DNA from: Thermoanaerobaculia bacterium | Lineage (GTDB): Bacteria > Acidobacteriota > Thermoanaerobaculia > Multivoradales > UBA5704 | NCBI GenBank assembly: GCA_044226625.1 | Contig: JBGAGQ010000095.1 | Span: 1-17,523, forward strand | Length of the DNA: 17,523 bases | Direction of reading: 5' to 3' | In this document: positions 1 through 8,211 of the stretch, piece after piece | How positions within the stretch are numbered: position 1 is the first letter of the stretch | How the letters are laid out: each line of letters opens with the position of its first letter | Made by a program: the position numbers and the translations under genes | The notes under the pieces: generated by a model | What the model was told of the DNA's origin: nothing | Database searches by the model: none | What the model saw: the letters and a program-made list of their open reading frames with translations, nothing else

Positions 1-3
1 TAC

Positions 4-33
4 TTGCCGATCGCGGAGGTTTTCGTCTATTCT
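4..33 (+). promoter_or_regulatory. Putative sigma70 promoter of the tRNA gene
   Basis: TTGCCG (4-9), 18-bp spacer, TATTCT (28-33), then a GC-rich discriminator (TCCGCGCC) typical of stable-RNA promoters, about 27 nt upstream of the tRNA. Confidence 0.55.
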
Positions 34-60
34 TCCGCGCCTGCCGTTGGCCTTGCCCGT

Positions 61-137
61 GCAGCCATAGCTCAACTGGATAGAGCGACAGACTACGGAT
101 CTGTAGGTTGGGGGTTCGACTCCTCCTGGCTGCACCA
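61..137 (+). tRNA. tRNA-Arg (anticodon ACG)
   Basis: Acceptor stem GCAGCCA (61-67)/TGGCTGC (127-133), D-arm TAGCTCAACTGGATAGAGC, anticodon stem ACAGA/TCTGT with loop CT-ACG-GA (ACG at 95-97), T-loop GTTCGAC, encoded CCA at 135-137. Confidence 0.97.
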
Positions 138-296
138 CCTTCACTGCTGATTTACCATAGCATTGAGGGAGTAATTGTGCTGTGGCTGATACCCTGACTT
201 TCCGTGACCCGGGACCTGACTCGACCAGAAAAAGCTCTTCGACCTGAGGGGAAGCTCGCCCTTAGGCCGTTGGTGCTAACGGACAGTTACAGTCCT

Positions 297-1010
297 CTAT
301 CCACCGACGGGCATTTCATCCCAAGTTCGTCCGTCGAGGAGCCGCCCAGCCCTCTTTTTGTTCACGCCACCCCATTGTTTGAAGAAGAAAGGGACGTTTG
401 CGGCTCTACATTGGTCGCGAATAGAAACAACCCAGTCTGTCTGCATTGGGCGCGAACCGTGGCCGGACTCCCCTCCGACGATAACCCAGCCGATTCCTTT
501 AAGTTCCAGGTTCGACAAAGGGCCCAAGAGAGGTTCCAGCGACAAGAACCGCACTCTCGCGGGAATTGTTCGCAGGTCGTCAATTCGGGTGACGTACCTA
601 TCGCTCTCTACACTAACTCCTACCCAGATATTTTCCGTCCAATTCAATAGCGAAGCAACCTGCGCGAGCCTATTTGCTCGCTTAGTGAGGATCTGAAATC
701 GGTGCCAGTGAGCACGGTTCATCACAGAAAAGACTTGCTCAATATACTGTATCGGCACTCTGTCATGAAAAAGATCGCTCATCGAGTTGACAAAAATTGC
801 CTGTGGCTTCTTCCAGCGTAAAGGTAGCTCTAACATTTGAGGTTGCAACGTCAGATTGAAACCATCCCGATAGTTTGGCTGCCCCATTGCCTGCAATCTC
901 TCGGCCATCCTTTCGGCGTAGCAGTGTTTGCATCCGGGACTGACCTTGTCGCAGCCGGTAACGGGGTTCCAGGTGGACTCTGTCCATTCAATCGCTGATC
1001 CAAGGCCCAT
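297..1010 (-). CDS. DUF5131 / phage Gp37-Gp68 family protein (three-Cys motif, radical-SAM-like)
   Basis: 237 aa. Family signatures: [29 protein letters not shown] (Cx6Cx2C), [46 protein letters not shown]. Confidence 0.93.
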   Translation of the reverse strand: MGLGSAIEWTESTWNPVTGCDKVSPGCKHCYAERMAERLQAMGQPNYRDGFNLTLQPQMLELPLRWKKPQAIFVNSMSDLFHDRVPIQYIEQVFSVMNRAHWHRFQILTKRANRLAQVASLLNWTENIWVGVSVESDRYVTRIDDLRTIPARVRFLSLEPLLGPLSNLELKGIGWVIVGGESGHGSRPMQTDWVVSIRDQCRAANVPFFFKQWGGVNKKRAGRLLDGRTWDEMPVGG

Positions 1011-1015
1011 GGTTT

Positions 1016-2140
1016 TTATACCTCTCTACGCGGGAAGGTGGCCCAGATGTCGTCCGCAAAGCCTTTAGTAGACTTACGTCCGGAGGTTGTAATTCCTCCC
1101 CTCGTCTCGAGAGCCGCCAAGACATCTTTGTAGTTCCGCTTAATATATGGACGATCTACGCTATGTTCTCTGTAGATGTCTTCCATCTTCAGGGTGCGAC
1201 CTTCGAATTGAGTAAGCAGCATCGCCTCCAACTCATCGAGGGGACGATTCAAGTCAAAGAGAAGTTCTTGCCTAGCGCTATCGGCAGGTGAAAAAGTAAA
1301 GCTCGGAACTCCTTGCGAGAACGATGAACTGCTCTTGCTCATGACCTCCTTCATAACCTCATAACCCTTGAAGTGTTTCGTAACCAAGATCAAGTGATGG
1401 GTCGTCCTTGTGCCCCTATCATTCTTGAAGCAGAATGGTAGTACGAGCCGATGTCCGTATGCCTTCAGCGCGAGAGCAAGGGCATTAACAATCGTCGCCT
1501 CTCTTTGAATTGGGGTCATTGGCTCAAGTTCACTTCGAAGCCTATCCGCTTCTTGCTCTCCAAAAAGTGCAGCCATGTGTTGTCTCACTAGGGGGTTAGA
1601 CAGGCCAGCATTGATTCTGGCATAGTTAAAGAAGAATATGCAGTCACACCCCCAATCCTTCAGAAAAGCATCGACGAGGCGTAGGGTCAAGCCCTTATAG
1701 CCCCATGGATCGATGAAGGCAAGTATGGGAATCTTGTTGATGGATTCAAACTGGCGAGCGATCTCATCTCCAACCTCCTGATTCCATATTTGAGGCTTAT
1801 GACGGAGGCTGTTGATGCCTGGCAACGCTTCAATCGCCGAAGTGAGGCTGCTAGCATATTCCGGGTCGCGATCGTTAAAGATAGTGGTTAGTCGTGATGC
1901 CAGATTCGGATCGCTTATGGCCTTTTGAAGGACCCGTAGAGGAGTCGAGATGGCTCCGTCCTTATACCGCCCAGGGCCGGCAAAAAGGTCGATATAGCCA
2001 ATCTTGTTCATTGGACTTGACGACCATTTATTCTGTGCACCTGAAATGATGCGAGCCCAAGCGTCGAAGTACTTCTCGACAATTGTGGCCTTCACTAGAG
2101 ATTGCTCTGTGGTCTCGTTAAAGAATTTATCCGTTGCCAT
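1016..2140 (-). CDS. tcmP: Three-Cys-motif partner protein TcmP family (SAM-dependent methyltransferase-like, probable C-terminal winged HTH)
   Basis: 374 aa. N-terminal [29 protein letters not shown] (SAM-binding motif I-like) and AFIDPWGY. It stops 5 bp upstream of the DUF5131 gene, the usual partner of this family. GAGG RBS. Confidence 0.85.
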   Translation of the reverse strand: MATDKFFNETTEQSLVKATIVEKYFDAWARIISGAQNKWSSSPMNKIGYIDLFAGPGRYKDGAISTPLRVLQKAISDPNLASRLTTIFNDRDPEYASSLTSAIEALPGINSLRHKPQIWNQEVGDEIARQFESINKIPILAFIDPWGYKGLTLRLVDAFLKDWGCDCIFFFNYARINAGLSNPLVRQHMAALFGEQEADRLRSELEPMTPIQREATIVNALALALKAYGHRLVLPFCFKNDRGTRTTHHLILVTKHFKGYEVMKEVMSKSSSSFSQGVPSFTFSPADSARQELLFDLNRPLDELEAMLLTQFEGRTLKMEDIYREHSVDRPYIKRNYKDVLAALETRGGITTSGRKSTKGFADDIWATFPRREV

Positions 2141-2524
2141 GGATACCTCAAAAAACTAGGTTCTCGCGGTGGAAGTTTCAGGGCTAGAACAAAGCGACTA
2201 CTCGGCTTTAGCGTGCGGCGCGTCGAGCATTCATTATTATGAGATTATACGTCAACATCGCCAGGTTTAGGTAGGCTAATAATGTTGCGGCCTCGAGAAT
2301 CCTTTGGGACACCGCCTTCAGCCTTCCTTGTGCCTGCAATCCAAACCGGCCACATGAGAGCGGAATCCATTTACGCAGGGCGATTCGACGGTGAGGCGGG
2401 CCGAGGTAGAGACCACGCCCAGAGTCTAAAGGTCCACTATTTTTTGGTTGTTTCCCAGCCCTTGGCGAAGCTGGCGTTCAGATGTTCCGGAAACGTCAGG
2501 GCTCGGCCTGAGCCCTGACCCGCC

Positions 2525-2941
2525 GAGGTCGTAGGAAAGGTTCGCACCCTGGGGCGGGTTTTCGGCGGTGAAGTCGTCGGTCCCCCTGCTCCTGCCGTCC
2601 TGGCGCCTGGCTCGGATGTGAGGGGGACGAACCACCAGGCGGTCCTGACAGGGAGGAGCTGAGCCTCTCGTTCGAACCCGCCGGAAGAGAGCTGTCGCAG
2701 CGGGATGTAGACGTCGAGCACGTATCCCCGGCCGAAGCTCGCTCCCCCGACGTCACGAACGGGATCGTCGGTAGGCCGCTCATCTTTTCCCAGTGTCTGC
2801 CGTGGTCAACGGTAAGGTAGATGCCAAATTCCGTTCCGAGGAGGAATGGGTCGGGGCGGGCCTGGTTCTGCTGGATCGCCCAAAGATCGTCCCCCTCCGG
2901 TGGGTCGCCACCGATCGAGCCCACGAGCTGCCGTGGTCGGT
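2525..2941 (-). pseudogene. Degenerate internal fragment of the BNR/VPS10 gene (copy of 5176-5631)
   Basis: Colinear with 5176-5631. The ungapped block 2781-2882 vs 5461-5562 is 88/102 identical. The translation WAIQQNQARPDPFLLGTEFGIYLTVDHGRHWEKMSGLPTIPF matches WAIQQDQVRPDLFFLGTELGIYFTIDHGKHWEKMGGLPTIPF. It has several frameshifts and a deletion of about 27-30 nt near 2748. Confidence 0.92.
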
Positions 2942-2973
2942 CGCGGCGGGGTAGGGACAGGGAAGCTACTAAC

Positions 2974-3058
2974 CTATTGTGGCTCGCAATCCGACTCGAT
3001 GACGTAGCCGATGGCCTTGATCACGTGCCGCGATGCAGATCTCGCCGGGTTCGATCAC
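2974..3058 (-). pseudogene. PemK/MazF-like toxin remnant with internal deletion
   Basis: The GTG start overlaps the upstream stop (GTGA). It reads MIEPGEICIA (MazF-like N-terminus), then out of frame VIKAIGYVIESDCEPQ*, which I recall as a C-terminus of some PemK/MazF homologues. Only 85 nt remain. Confidence 0.6.
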
Positions 3059-3273
3059 GGTTCATCTTGCGTCCGACCCGTTGCATTTCGCAAGGCAACC
3101 GAACGAATCGTGAGTTGCCGACGCTCCTCGAGGAGTACTTCGCGTACCTCCTGGTACTCCTCAGCCCGAATCAGAACGCAAGCCTCGCCGGTCCGGGGAT
3201 CTACCATTTCGGGAATGGAAGATCCGGTCCAGTCGGCCGCTTGCTGCTGTTCCTTGGTCAACGGAATCGCCAC
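3055..3273 (-). CDS. Small putative antitoxin (72 aa) upstream of the MazF-like remnant
   Basis: GGAGG RBS 7 nt before the GTG at 3273. Sequence MAIPLTKEQQQAADW...VDPRTGEACVLIRAEEYQEVREVL; its stop overlaps the toxin-remnant start. Confidence 0.6.
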   Translation of the reverse strand: MAIPLTKEQQQAADWTGSSIPEMVDPRTGEACVLIRAEEYQEVREVLLEERRQLTIRSVALRNATGRTQDEP

Positions 3274-3328
3274 GACGGCACCTCCTGGGATTCGCACATG
3301 GGGGAAGTAGGTGCCGCAGCCCAGCGCC

Positions 3329-3616
3329 TTAGGCCGCGCTCTTCTTGTGCGCCTCCATGTAGGCTCGCATCAAAGCGTTGATCCTCGTCTGGTATCCGCT
3401 TCCTTGCTGGCGAAACCACTCCAGAACCTCACGGTCCACGCGGATCGTCAGTTGTGCTTTCGGAGCGACCGGTTTGAGCCCGCGCCGGACAATCGCTCGT
3501 GCGAAGAACTCCGGGCTCAACTCGGGAATCTCGCTCGTGTCGATGTCCTCGTCGCTCAACGCATCAAGGCGGGCGAAGTCAGTGCCTAATACTCGCGAGG
3601 AAGATTTTCTTTTCAT
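3329..3616 (-). CDS. brnA: BrnA family antitoxin
   Basis: 95 aa. DEDIDTSEIPEL and C-terminal KAQLTIRVDREVLEWFRQQGSGYQTRINALMRAYM (BrnA RHH signature). Overlaps brnT by 38 bp. Confidence 0.92.
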   Translation of the reverse strand: MKRKSSSRVLGTDFARLDALSDEDIDTSEIPELSPEFFARAIVRRGLKPVAPKAQLTIRVDREVLEWFRQQGSGYQTRINALMRAYMEAHKKSAA

Positions 3617-3854
3617 GGTTCGTCGCTCTTCGTGCCGAGATGATCCGAATTACCTGATCCGTTTCAGTATGTGCAACTACCAGCAGCCGCTGGTTGAGTA
3701 ATCCGAACGTCAGGAAACGAGATTCGGGGTACTCGAACCGGTCGTCTCTATCCGTGTAGGTGGGGCCCGCAAACAGAACCTCGAGATCGGCAAAGTCGAC
3801 GCCGTGCTTTGCGAGATTCGATCGCCTCTTGCGCTCGTCCCACTCGAACTTCAC
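3579..3854 (-). CDS. brnT: BrnT family ribonuclease toxin
   Basis: 91 aa, GTG start. MKFEWDERKRRSNLAKHGVDF...ESRFLTFG...IRIISARRAT signatures. Confidence 0.94.
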   Translation of the reverse strand: MKFEWDERKRRSNLAKHGVDFADLEVLFAGPTYTDRDDRFEYPESRFLTFGLLNQRLLVVAHTETDQVIRIISARRATNHEKKIFLASIRH

Positions 3855-3861
3855 GCAAGAG

Positions 3862-3890
3862 ATCGTAACTACAGGGAGTAACTACGTCAA
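3862..3890 (-). promoter_or_regulatory. sigma70 promoter of brnTA with overlapping GTAGTTAC operator repeats
   Basis: Minus strand TTGACG (3890-3885), 17 bp, TACGAT (3867-3862), ending 7 nt before the GTG start. Two exact GTAGTTAC copies (3865-3872, 3878-3885) overlap the hexamers. Confidence 0.7.
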
Positions 3891-3949
3891 GGCTCGCGCC
3901 GAGGCCCATGCCTGCGGCTGGGCGCTGGCCTCCCCACAAGTCACGCCAA

Positions 3950-4003
3950 TTAGGGATCGATCGGCATGAAGGCCAGAATGATGTGGGTATCGAGAACGAT
4001 CAC
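3950..4003 (-). pseudogene. Truncated VapC/FitB (PIN) toxin remnant
   Basis: The GTG overlaps the antitoxin TGA. It reads MIVLDTHIILAFMPIDP*, i.e. the PIN N-terminal motif (I-V-L-D-T) and a stop after 17 residues. Confidence 0.7.
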
Positions 4004-4247
4004 GACTCGAACTCAGCAGGCCGAGCCTCTCCCCCGCGCAACTCAGGAATCTCCTCGGTGAGCCCGATACCGACGAAGCGGGCTGCCAGCCTTGACCCGA
4101 GCGGCACGCGAGACCGACCTTCTTCTCGAACCGCGATGCGGGGGACCTCTCGAACCTCTTCCTCGGGCTGCGGCCGTGCCGGCGCGCGCGGATTTCCAGT
4201 TTGTTCTTCACATCGCCCTCGGGGTGTCGCACGACAAGTTGAGTCAT
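4000..4247 (-). pseudogene. Frameshifted FitA-like ribbon-helix-helix antitoxin
   Basis: MTQLVVRHPEGDVKNKLEIRARRHGRS in one frame continues as EEEVREVPRIAVREEG...LGSRLAARFVGIGLTEEIPELRGGEARPAEFES in another. A 1-nt deletion near 4165 breaks the usual HGRSxEEEVR motif. Confidence 0.75.
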
Positions 4248-4299
4248 GGTGAAGTGAGGTCACGATATCTGGCATGAAGGCCGGCGGCGCCCCGGGGAT

Positions 4300-7200
4300 T
4301 CACCGCCCCGGAGTCCAAGGCGCCCCCGCCGCCGTGAAGGCCTCCTTCAGCCGTGCGAAATCCCCTGCGATCAGCGCCTTCAAATCGCGCTCCAGCGCAA
4401 CCAATCCCGCCTCGGCGATCTCGAGATCTCGCCGCTGAGTGGCGGTCGGCATCTGGCGGGTCTCCCAATGTCCGTCTTTCACCGTAGAGACGCGGCTGCC
4501 GATCGTTGGGGATTCCGACTCGGATAGTTTCTGTCGTGCGGGGTCGCCTTCGAGCCGAAGCTTCAAGCCCGCCGCGGCGCGGCTCACGGCGTCCAGTTGG
4601 CCGTAGAGCGCCGGGTCCGCCTTGGGCGTTTCGGCGAGCGTCGCGCGCATGTGCTTGAGCTGATCTTGGAGCTTATCGAGCTCGGCCGAGGCGGACGACA
4701 CGCGCCGTAGCGCCTCCGCCGTTCGCTGTTGGAAGGCGGCGACCGCCTGAGGGTCGGTGCCGGGGGCGAGGTTTTCGACCGGCTTCACTTCGAAGGACTG
4801 GGGCGTCCCGAGCGAACGCACGCCGCTTGCCGAGACGACCACCAGCTCGACGGTATAGCGGCCTGGGGCGACCAGCGGGCCTCTTGAGGGCTGGTCCCAG
4901 GGCGACTGGAAAGCGGGGGGTTCGAGCACGACCGGCTCGGGGTTGGCGCTCCGCAGATCCCAATTCACGCGCTGGAGCCCTTCTTTTGCCGGCCCTTCGA
5001 TCGCCCGAACCTTTCGCCCGGTCGCATCGGAGACGAGGAGCAACACTTTCGGTTTCTCTTCGAGCGCCTCGTCGCGCAGGCGTTCGAAGCCGGGAAACGG
5101 CGCGTCGGCGCCCTTCTTGGCGAGCGCCTCTTCGCTCTTCTGCCGCGCCTCGTGCGCGGTCGTTGGCGCCTCGCGGAGGTAATAGGAAAAGAGCGCGCCC
5201 TGGGGCGGATTCTCGGTGGTGAAGTCGTCGGTCCCCTGCTCTGGCCGTCCGGGCGCCTGGCCCGGCTGCCAGGGGACGAACCACCAGGCGGTCCTGACGG
5301 GGAAGAGCTGAGCTTCCCCGTCGAAGCCAGCGGAGGTGAGCTGTCGGAGCGAGGAATAGTCGTCGAGCACGTAGAGGCCCCGTCCGAAGCTCGCTCCCAC
5401 GAGGTCGCCGTCGCGCCGTTGGATCTTCACGTCGCGGAACGGGATCGTCGGCAGGCCGCCCATCTTTTCCCAGTGCTTGCCGTGGTCGATGGTGAAGTAG
5501 ATGCCGAGTTCCGTCCCGAGGAAGAACAGGTCGGGGCGGACCTGGTCCTGCTGGATCGCCCAGGCGATCGTTCCCTTCGGCCCCTTCGGGAGATCGCCCG
5601 CCATCGAACGCCACGAGCGGCCGAGGTCGGTGCTCTCGAAAACGTATGGCGAAAAGTCGCCGGTCTTGTGATTGTCCGCCACCACGTAGAGCGTCGACCC
5701 GTCGACGACCGACATCTCGACGTCGTTGACGAACGAGAGAACCGGAAGCCCGGGGAGGGCGGCCGAACGGCTCCAGCTCTCGCCGCCGTTCGCGCTGATC
5801 TGCACCAGGCCGTCGTCCGTGCCGACGGTCAGAACCCCTTCTTTCACCGGCGATTCGGAGATCGCCGTGGTGGTCGCGTATTTGGACATCGCGCTGTTGT
5901 CGAACAGGGAATCGACGCTCCAGACCCGCCCCATGAACTTCTGCTCGTAGCGGTTCTGACCCTGCGTGAGATCGCCGCTGATCGGCGTCCAGCTGTTGCC
6001 CCGGTCGTCGCTTCGCCAGACTCTCTGCGAGCCGAAGTAGATCCGGTTCGGGTGATGAGGGCTCACGAGGATCGGCGAGTCCCACCCCCACCGCTCGGGC
6101 GCTTCGCCCTCCGCGGGCTGCGGTTGGATCATCAAGCCCTCGTCGTTCCGCCGGTCTTTGCGGAAGAGATTCCCCTCCTGCGACATGAGATACATGAGGT
6201 CCGGATCTTCCGGATCGAACGCGACGCCGTACCCGTCGGCTCCGAACGGCACGTACCAATCCTGGTTGCGGATCCCGTCGCGGTTGAGCGTCCGGGATGG
6301 GCCGTGGAGGGTCCCCAGGTCCTGCGCGCCGGCCAGGATGTCGTAGAACGGCTCGCGCTGGTTGAGCGCGATCTTGTAGATCTGGGAGACCGGCAGGTTG
6401 GGAAAATGCCGCCAGGTCTGGCCTTCGTCGAAGCTCTCGTAGAGCCCGGCGTCCGTGCCAACCAGCAGATGGCGGCCCATGCCCGGGTTGCTCGGGTCGA
6501 TCCAGAGCGCGTGGTTGTCGCTGTGTTTGTCGTACCCGGTCTCCAGATAATCCATCGTCTTTCCGCCGTCGCGGGTCACGTGGAGGAAGACGTCCATCTG
6601 ATAGACCAGGTCGGCGTTCGTGGGCGAGGCCTCGATCTCCTGGTAGTAGTGCGGTCCGGTGCCGCCGGAGATGTAGTCGTTCCGCTTCTCCCAGCTCTCC
6701 CCCCGGTCGCGCGAGCGATAGAAGCCGCGCTCCTCCGCGTTCGCCTCAATGGTGGCGTAGACGATCGACGGGTCGGCCGGTGTCGTCGCGAGGCCGATCT
6801 TCCCCATGTCTCCCTTGGGGAGGCCGCTCGTGACCTGGCGCCAGGTCTTGCCGTTGTCGGTCGATTTCCAGATGCCGGATTTCGGCCCGCCGCCCAGGAA
6901 TCCCCAAACGTGGCGGCGCCGCTCGTAGGCCGCGGCGTAGACCACATCCGGATTCCCCGGATCGAACTCCAGATCGGTCGCCCCTGTGTTTTCGTCGATC
7001 TGGAGCACGGGCGTCCAGGTGGAGCCGCCGTCGACGGTTCGGTAGACGCCCCGCTCTCCCCCCGAAGACCAGAGCGGCCCTTCGGCGGCTACCAGCACGA
7101 CGTTGCCGTCGCGCGGATCGACCAGAATTCTGCCGATGTGCTGCGAGGCGGCAAGCCCCATCCGTTGCCACGATCGGCCCGCGTCGCGGCTTCGGTACAC

Positions 7201-7569
7201 CCCGTCGCCCCAGCCGACGTGCCGGCCGCTCACGTTCTCGCCCGTTCCCACCCACACCACGTCCGGGTTCGTCGGATCGAGCGTGATCTCGCCGATCGAG
7301 TAGGACGCCTGATCGTCGAAGACCGGGGTCCAGGTGACCCCGGCGTTGGTGGTCTTCCAGACGCCGCCCGAGCCGGCCGCCACGTACCAGGTCCCCTGCG
7401 CCGTCGGATGCACCGCGATGTCGGAGATCCTGCCGCTCATGAACCCGGGGCCCAGGCTCCGAAACGGCAGCGCGGAGGCCACCTTGGCGAGGGGAGAGTC
7501 GGCGGCCTCGGAGGCCTGGGCGGCCGAAGCCAAGGCCAGGGCGAAGAGAGCGATCGAGAGGGTGCGCAT
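4300..7569 (-). CDS. Secreted BNR/Asp-box repeat, VPS10/sortilin-like beta-propeller protein (often annotated as glycosyl hydrolase)
   Basis: 1089 aa. Signal peptide MRTLSIALFALALASAAQA, FRSLGPGFMSGRISDIAV, many S/T-x-D-x-G-x-S/T-W Asp boxes (KTTNAGVTW, SRDAGRSW, TVDGGSTW, STDNGKTW, SRDRGESW, SFDEGQTW, SDDRGNSW, STDLGRSW), and a helical C-terminus. Confidence 0.9.
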   Translation of the reverse strand: MRTLSIALFALALASAAQASEAADSPLAKVASALPFRSLGPGFMSGRISDIAVHPTAQGTWYVAAGSGGVWKTTNAGVTWTPVFDDQASYSIGEITLDPTNPDVVWVGTGENVSGRHVGWGDGVYRSRDAGRSWQRMGLAASQHIGRILVDPRDGNVVLVAAEGPLWSSGGERGVYRTVDGGSTWTPVLQIDENTGATDLEFDPGNPDVVYAAAYERRRHVWGFLGGGPKSGIWKSTDNGKTWRQVTSGLPKGDMGKIGLATTPADPSIVYATIEANAEERGFYRSRDRGESWEKRNDYISGGTGPHYYQEIEASPTNADLVYQMDVFLHVTRDGGKTMDYLETGYDKHSDNHALWIDPSNPGMGRHLLVGTDAGLYESFDEGQTWRHFPNLPVSQIYKIALNQREPFYDILAGAQDLGTLHGPSRTLNRDGIRNQDWYVPFGADGYGVAFDPEDPDLMYLMSQEGNLFRKDRRNDEGLMIQPQPAEGEAPERWGWDSPILVSPHHPNRIYFGSQRVWRSDDRGNSWTPISGDLTQGQNRYEQKFMGRVWSVDSLFDNSAMSKYATTTAISESPVKEGVLTVGTDDGLVQISANGGESWSRSAALPGLPVLSFVNDVEMSVVDGSTLYVVADNHKTGDFSPYVFESTDLGRSWRSMAGDLPKGPKGTIAWAIQQDQVRPDLFFLGTELGIYFTIDHGKHWEKMGGLPTIPFRDVKIQRRDGDLVGASFGRGLYVLDDYSSLRQLTSAGFDGEAQLFPVRTAWWFVPWQPGQAPGRPEQGTDDFTTENPPQGALFSYYLREAPTTAHEARQKSEEALAKKGADAPFPGFERLRDEALEEKPKVLLLVSDATGRKVRAIEGPAKEGLQRVNWDLRSANPEPVVLEPPAFQSPWDQPSRGPLVAPGRYTVELVVVSASGVRSLGTPQSFEVKPVENLAPGTDPQAVAAFQQRTAEALRRVSSASAELDKLQDQLKHMRATLAETPKADPALYGQLDAVSRAAAGLKLRLEGDPARQKLSESESPTIGSRVSTVKDGHWETRQMPTATQRRDLEIAEAGLVALERDLKALIAGDFARLKEAFTAAGAPWTPGR

Positions 7570-7671
7570 GGTCCGGGTCCTCGGGCTGGGAGCCGCGAAA
7601 GTCGTGACGGTGGGGGCGGCGCGATGATGTCACGAGCGTTTTCTGCGCGAGCGGCCCGGGTGCTCTGACCC

Positions 7672-8163
7672 TCAGAAGAAAGCCACCGCCGCCCCCCACA
7701 CCAGGTACCCCCCGAAGCCCAGGACGGTGTTCGCCAACCGATACAGATCCCCCGTGAACGTCTCCTGGATCACATGCAGGGCGACGACCGTGGCGAGCAG
7801 GCCGACCAGGTAGAGGAGACCCGCCTGCCACCAGACCGCGGGGGTGGTTGCCTGGTCGAGGAGGCTCACGGCGTGGACCAGCCAGCCTACGGTCAGGGAG
7901 CCGCTCGCGAGCAGGTTGAGGGCGATGTAAGCGTAGGGCTTCCGGTAGATGTCCCAGCGTAGGACCCTGGCGAGGCCCGCCGCGAGCGGTGCGATGAGGA
8001 GGGAGGCGCCGAGGAGGAGGGCGAGCCCTCCGGCCAGGGGAAGGACGAGCCGTGGCCGACCGCCGAGCCAGGCGAGTAGGCCGCCGAGAACCAGGAAGAC
8101 GGAGAAGCTGATCCCTAGCGCGAGCCAGGTGAGGCCGACTTCTCGGGCGGAGTTTTCGCTCAT
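7672..8163 (-). CDS. Hypothetical integral membrane protein (about 5 TM helices)
   Basis: 163 aa, very hydrophobic with several 20-residue Leu/Gly/Ala segments. Co-oriented upstream of the BNR gene. Confidence 0.7.
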   Translation of the reverse strand: MSENSAREVGLTWLALGISFSVFLVLGGLLAWLGGRPRLVLPLAGGLALLLGASLLIAPLAAGLARVLRWDIYRKPYAYIALNLLASGSLTVGWLVHAVSLLDQATTPAVWWQAGLLYLVGLLATVVALHVIQETFTGDLYRLANTVLGFGGYLVWGAAVAFF

Positions 8164-8211
8164 TACGAGGGGGAGGGCGATCGTTCCAGGGAGATCCTAG
8201 CGCCTTGCGTC

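Larger units (their letters stand above)
138..2520. mobile_element. tRNA-adjacent lower-GC genomic islet (no integrase visible)
   Basis: Begins at the tRNA 3' end. It is visibly more AT-rich than the sequence after about 4300 (judged by eye) and carries an accessory gene pair. No integrase or duplicated tRNA 3' end was seen, so the right boundary is approximate. Confidence 0.5.

Noticed and set aside
2221-2260. Canonical sigma70 promoter for tcmP
   Set aside because: TTGACG and TATAAT are both present on the minus strand but directly adjacent, not 16-18 bp apart. The region is AT-rich and probably regulatory, but I cannot define the promoter.
2282-2520. Short ORFs between tcmP and the pseudogene fragment
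   Set aside because: No recognisable motifs or RBS. The frames that cross 2525 are chimeras with the decayed BNR fragment.
3963-4282. 12-bp direct repeat GGCATGAAGGCC (3963-3974, 4271-4282) as a target-site duplication
   Set aside because: One copy lies inside the vapC remnant, no inverted repeats or transposase are present, and a 12-mer match can be chance.
138-4300. Intact prophage or integrative element
   Set aside because: No integrase, structural genes or second att copy were seen. The phage label of Gp37/Gp68 alone does not indicate a prophage.
2525-5631. Diversity-generating retroelement TR/VR pair (2525-2941 vs 5176-5631)
   Set aside because: Mismatches involve all four bases rather than only adenines, there are multiple indels, the target is mid-gene, and no reverse transcriptase is in the window.
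5152-7668. 838-aa plus-strand ORF, and other long overlapping ORFs (4673-6259, 6746-8278, 9112-10584, 9920-11683, 13489-16281, 13845-16568)
   Set aside because: Shadow frames of well-supported genes in high-GC DNA; Arg/Gly/Pro-rich or antisense translations with no recognisable motifs.
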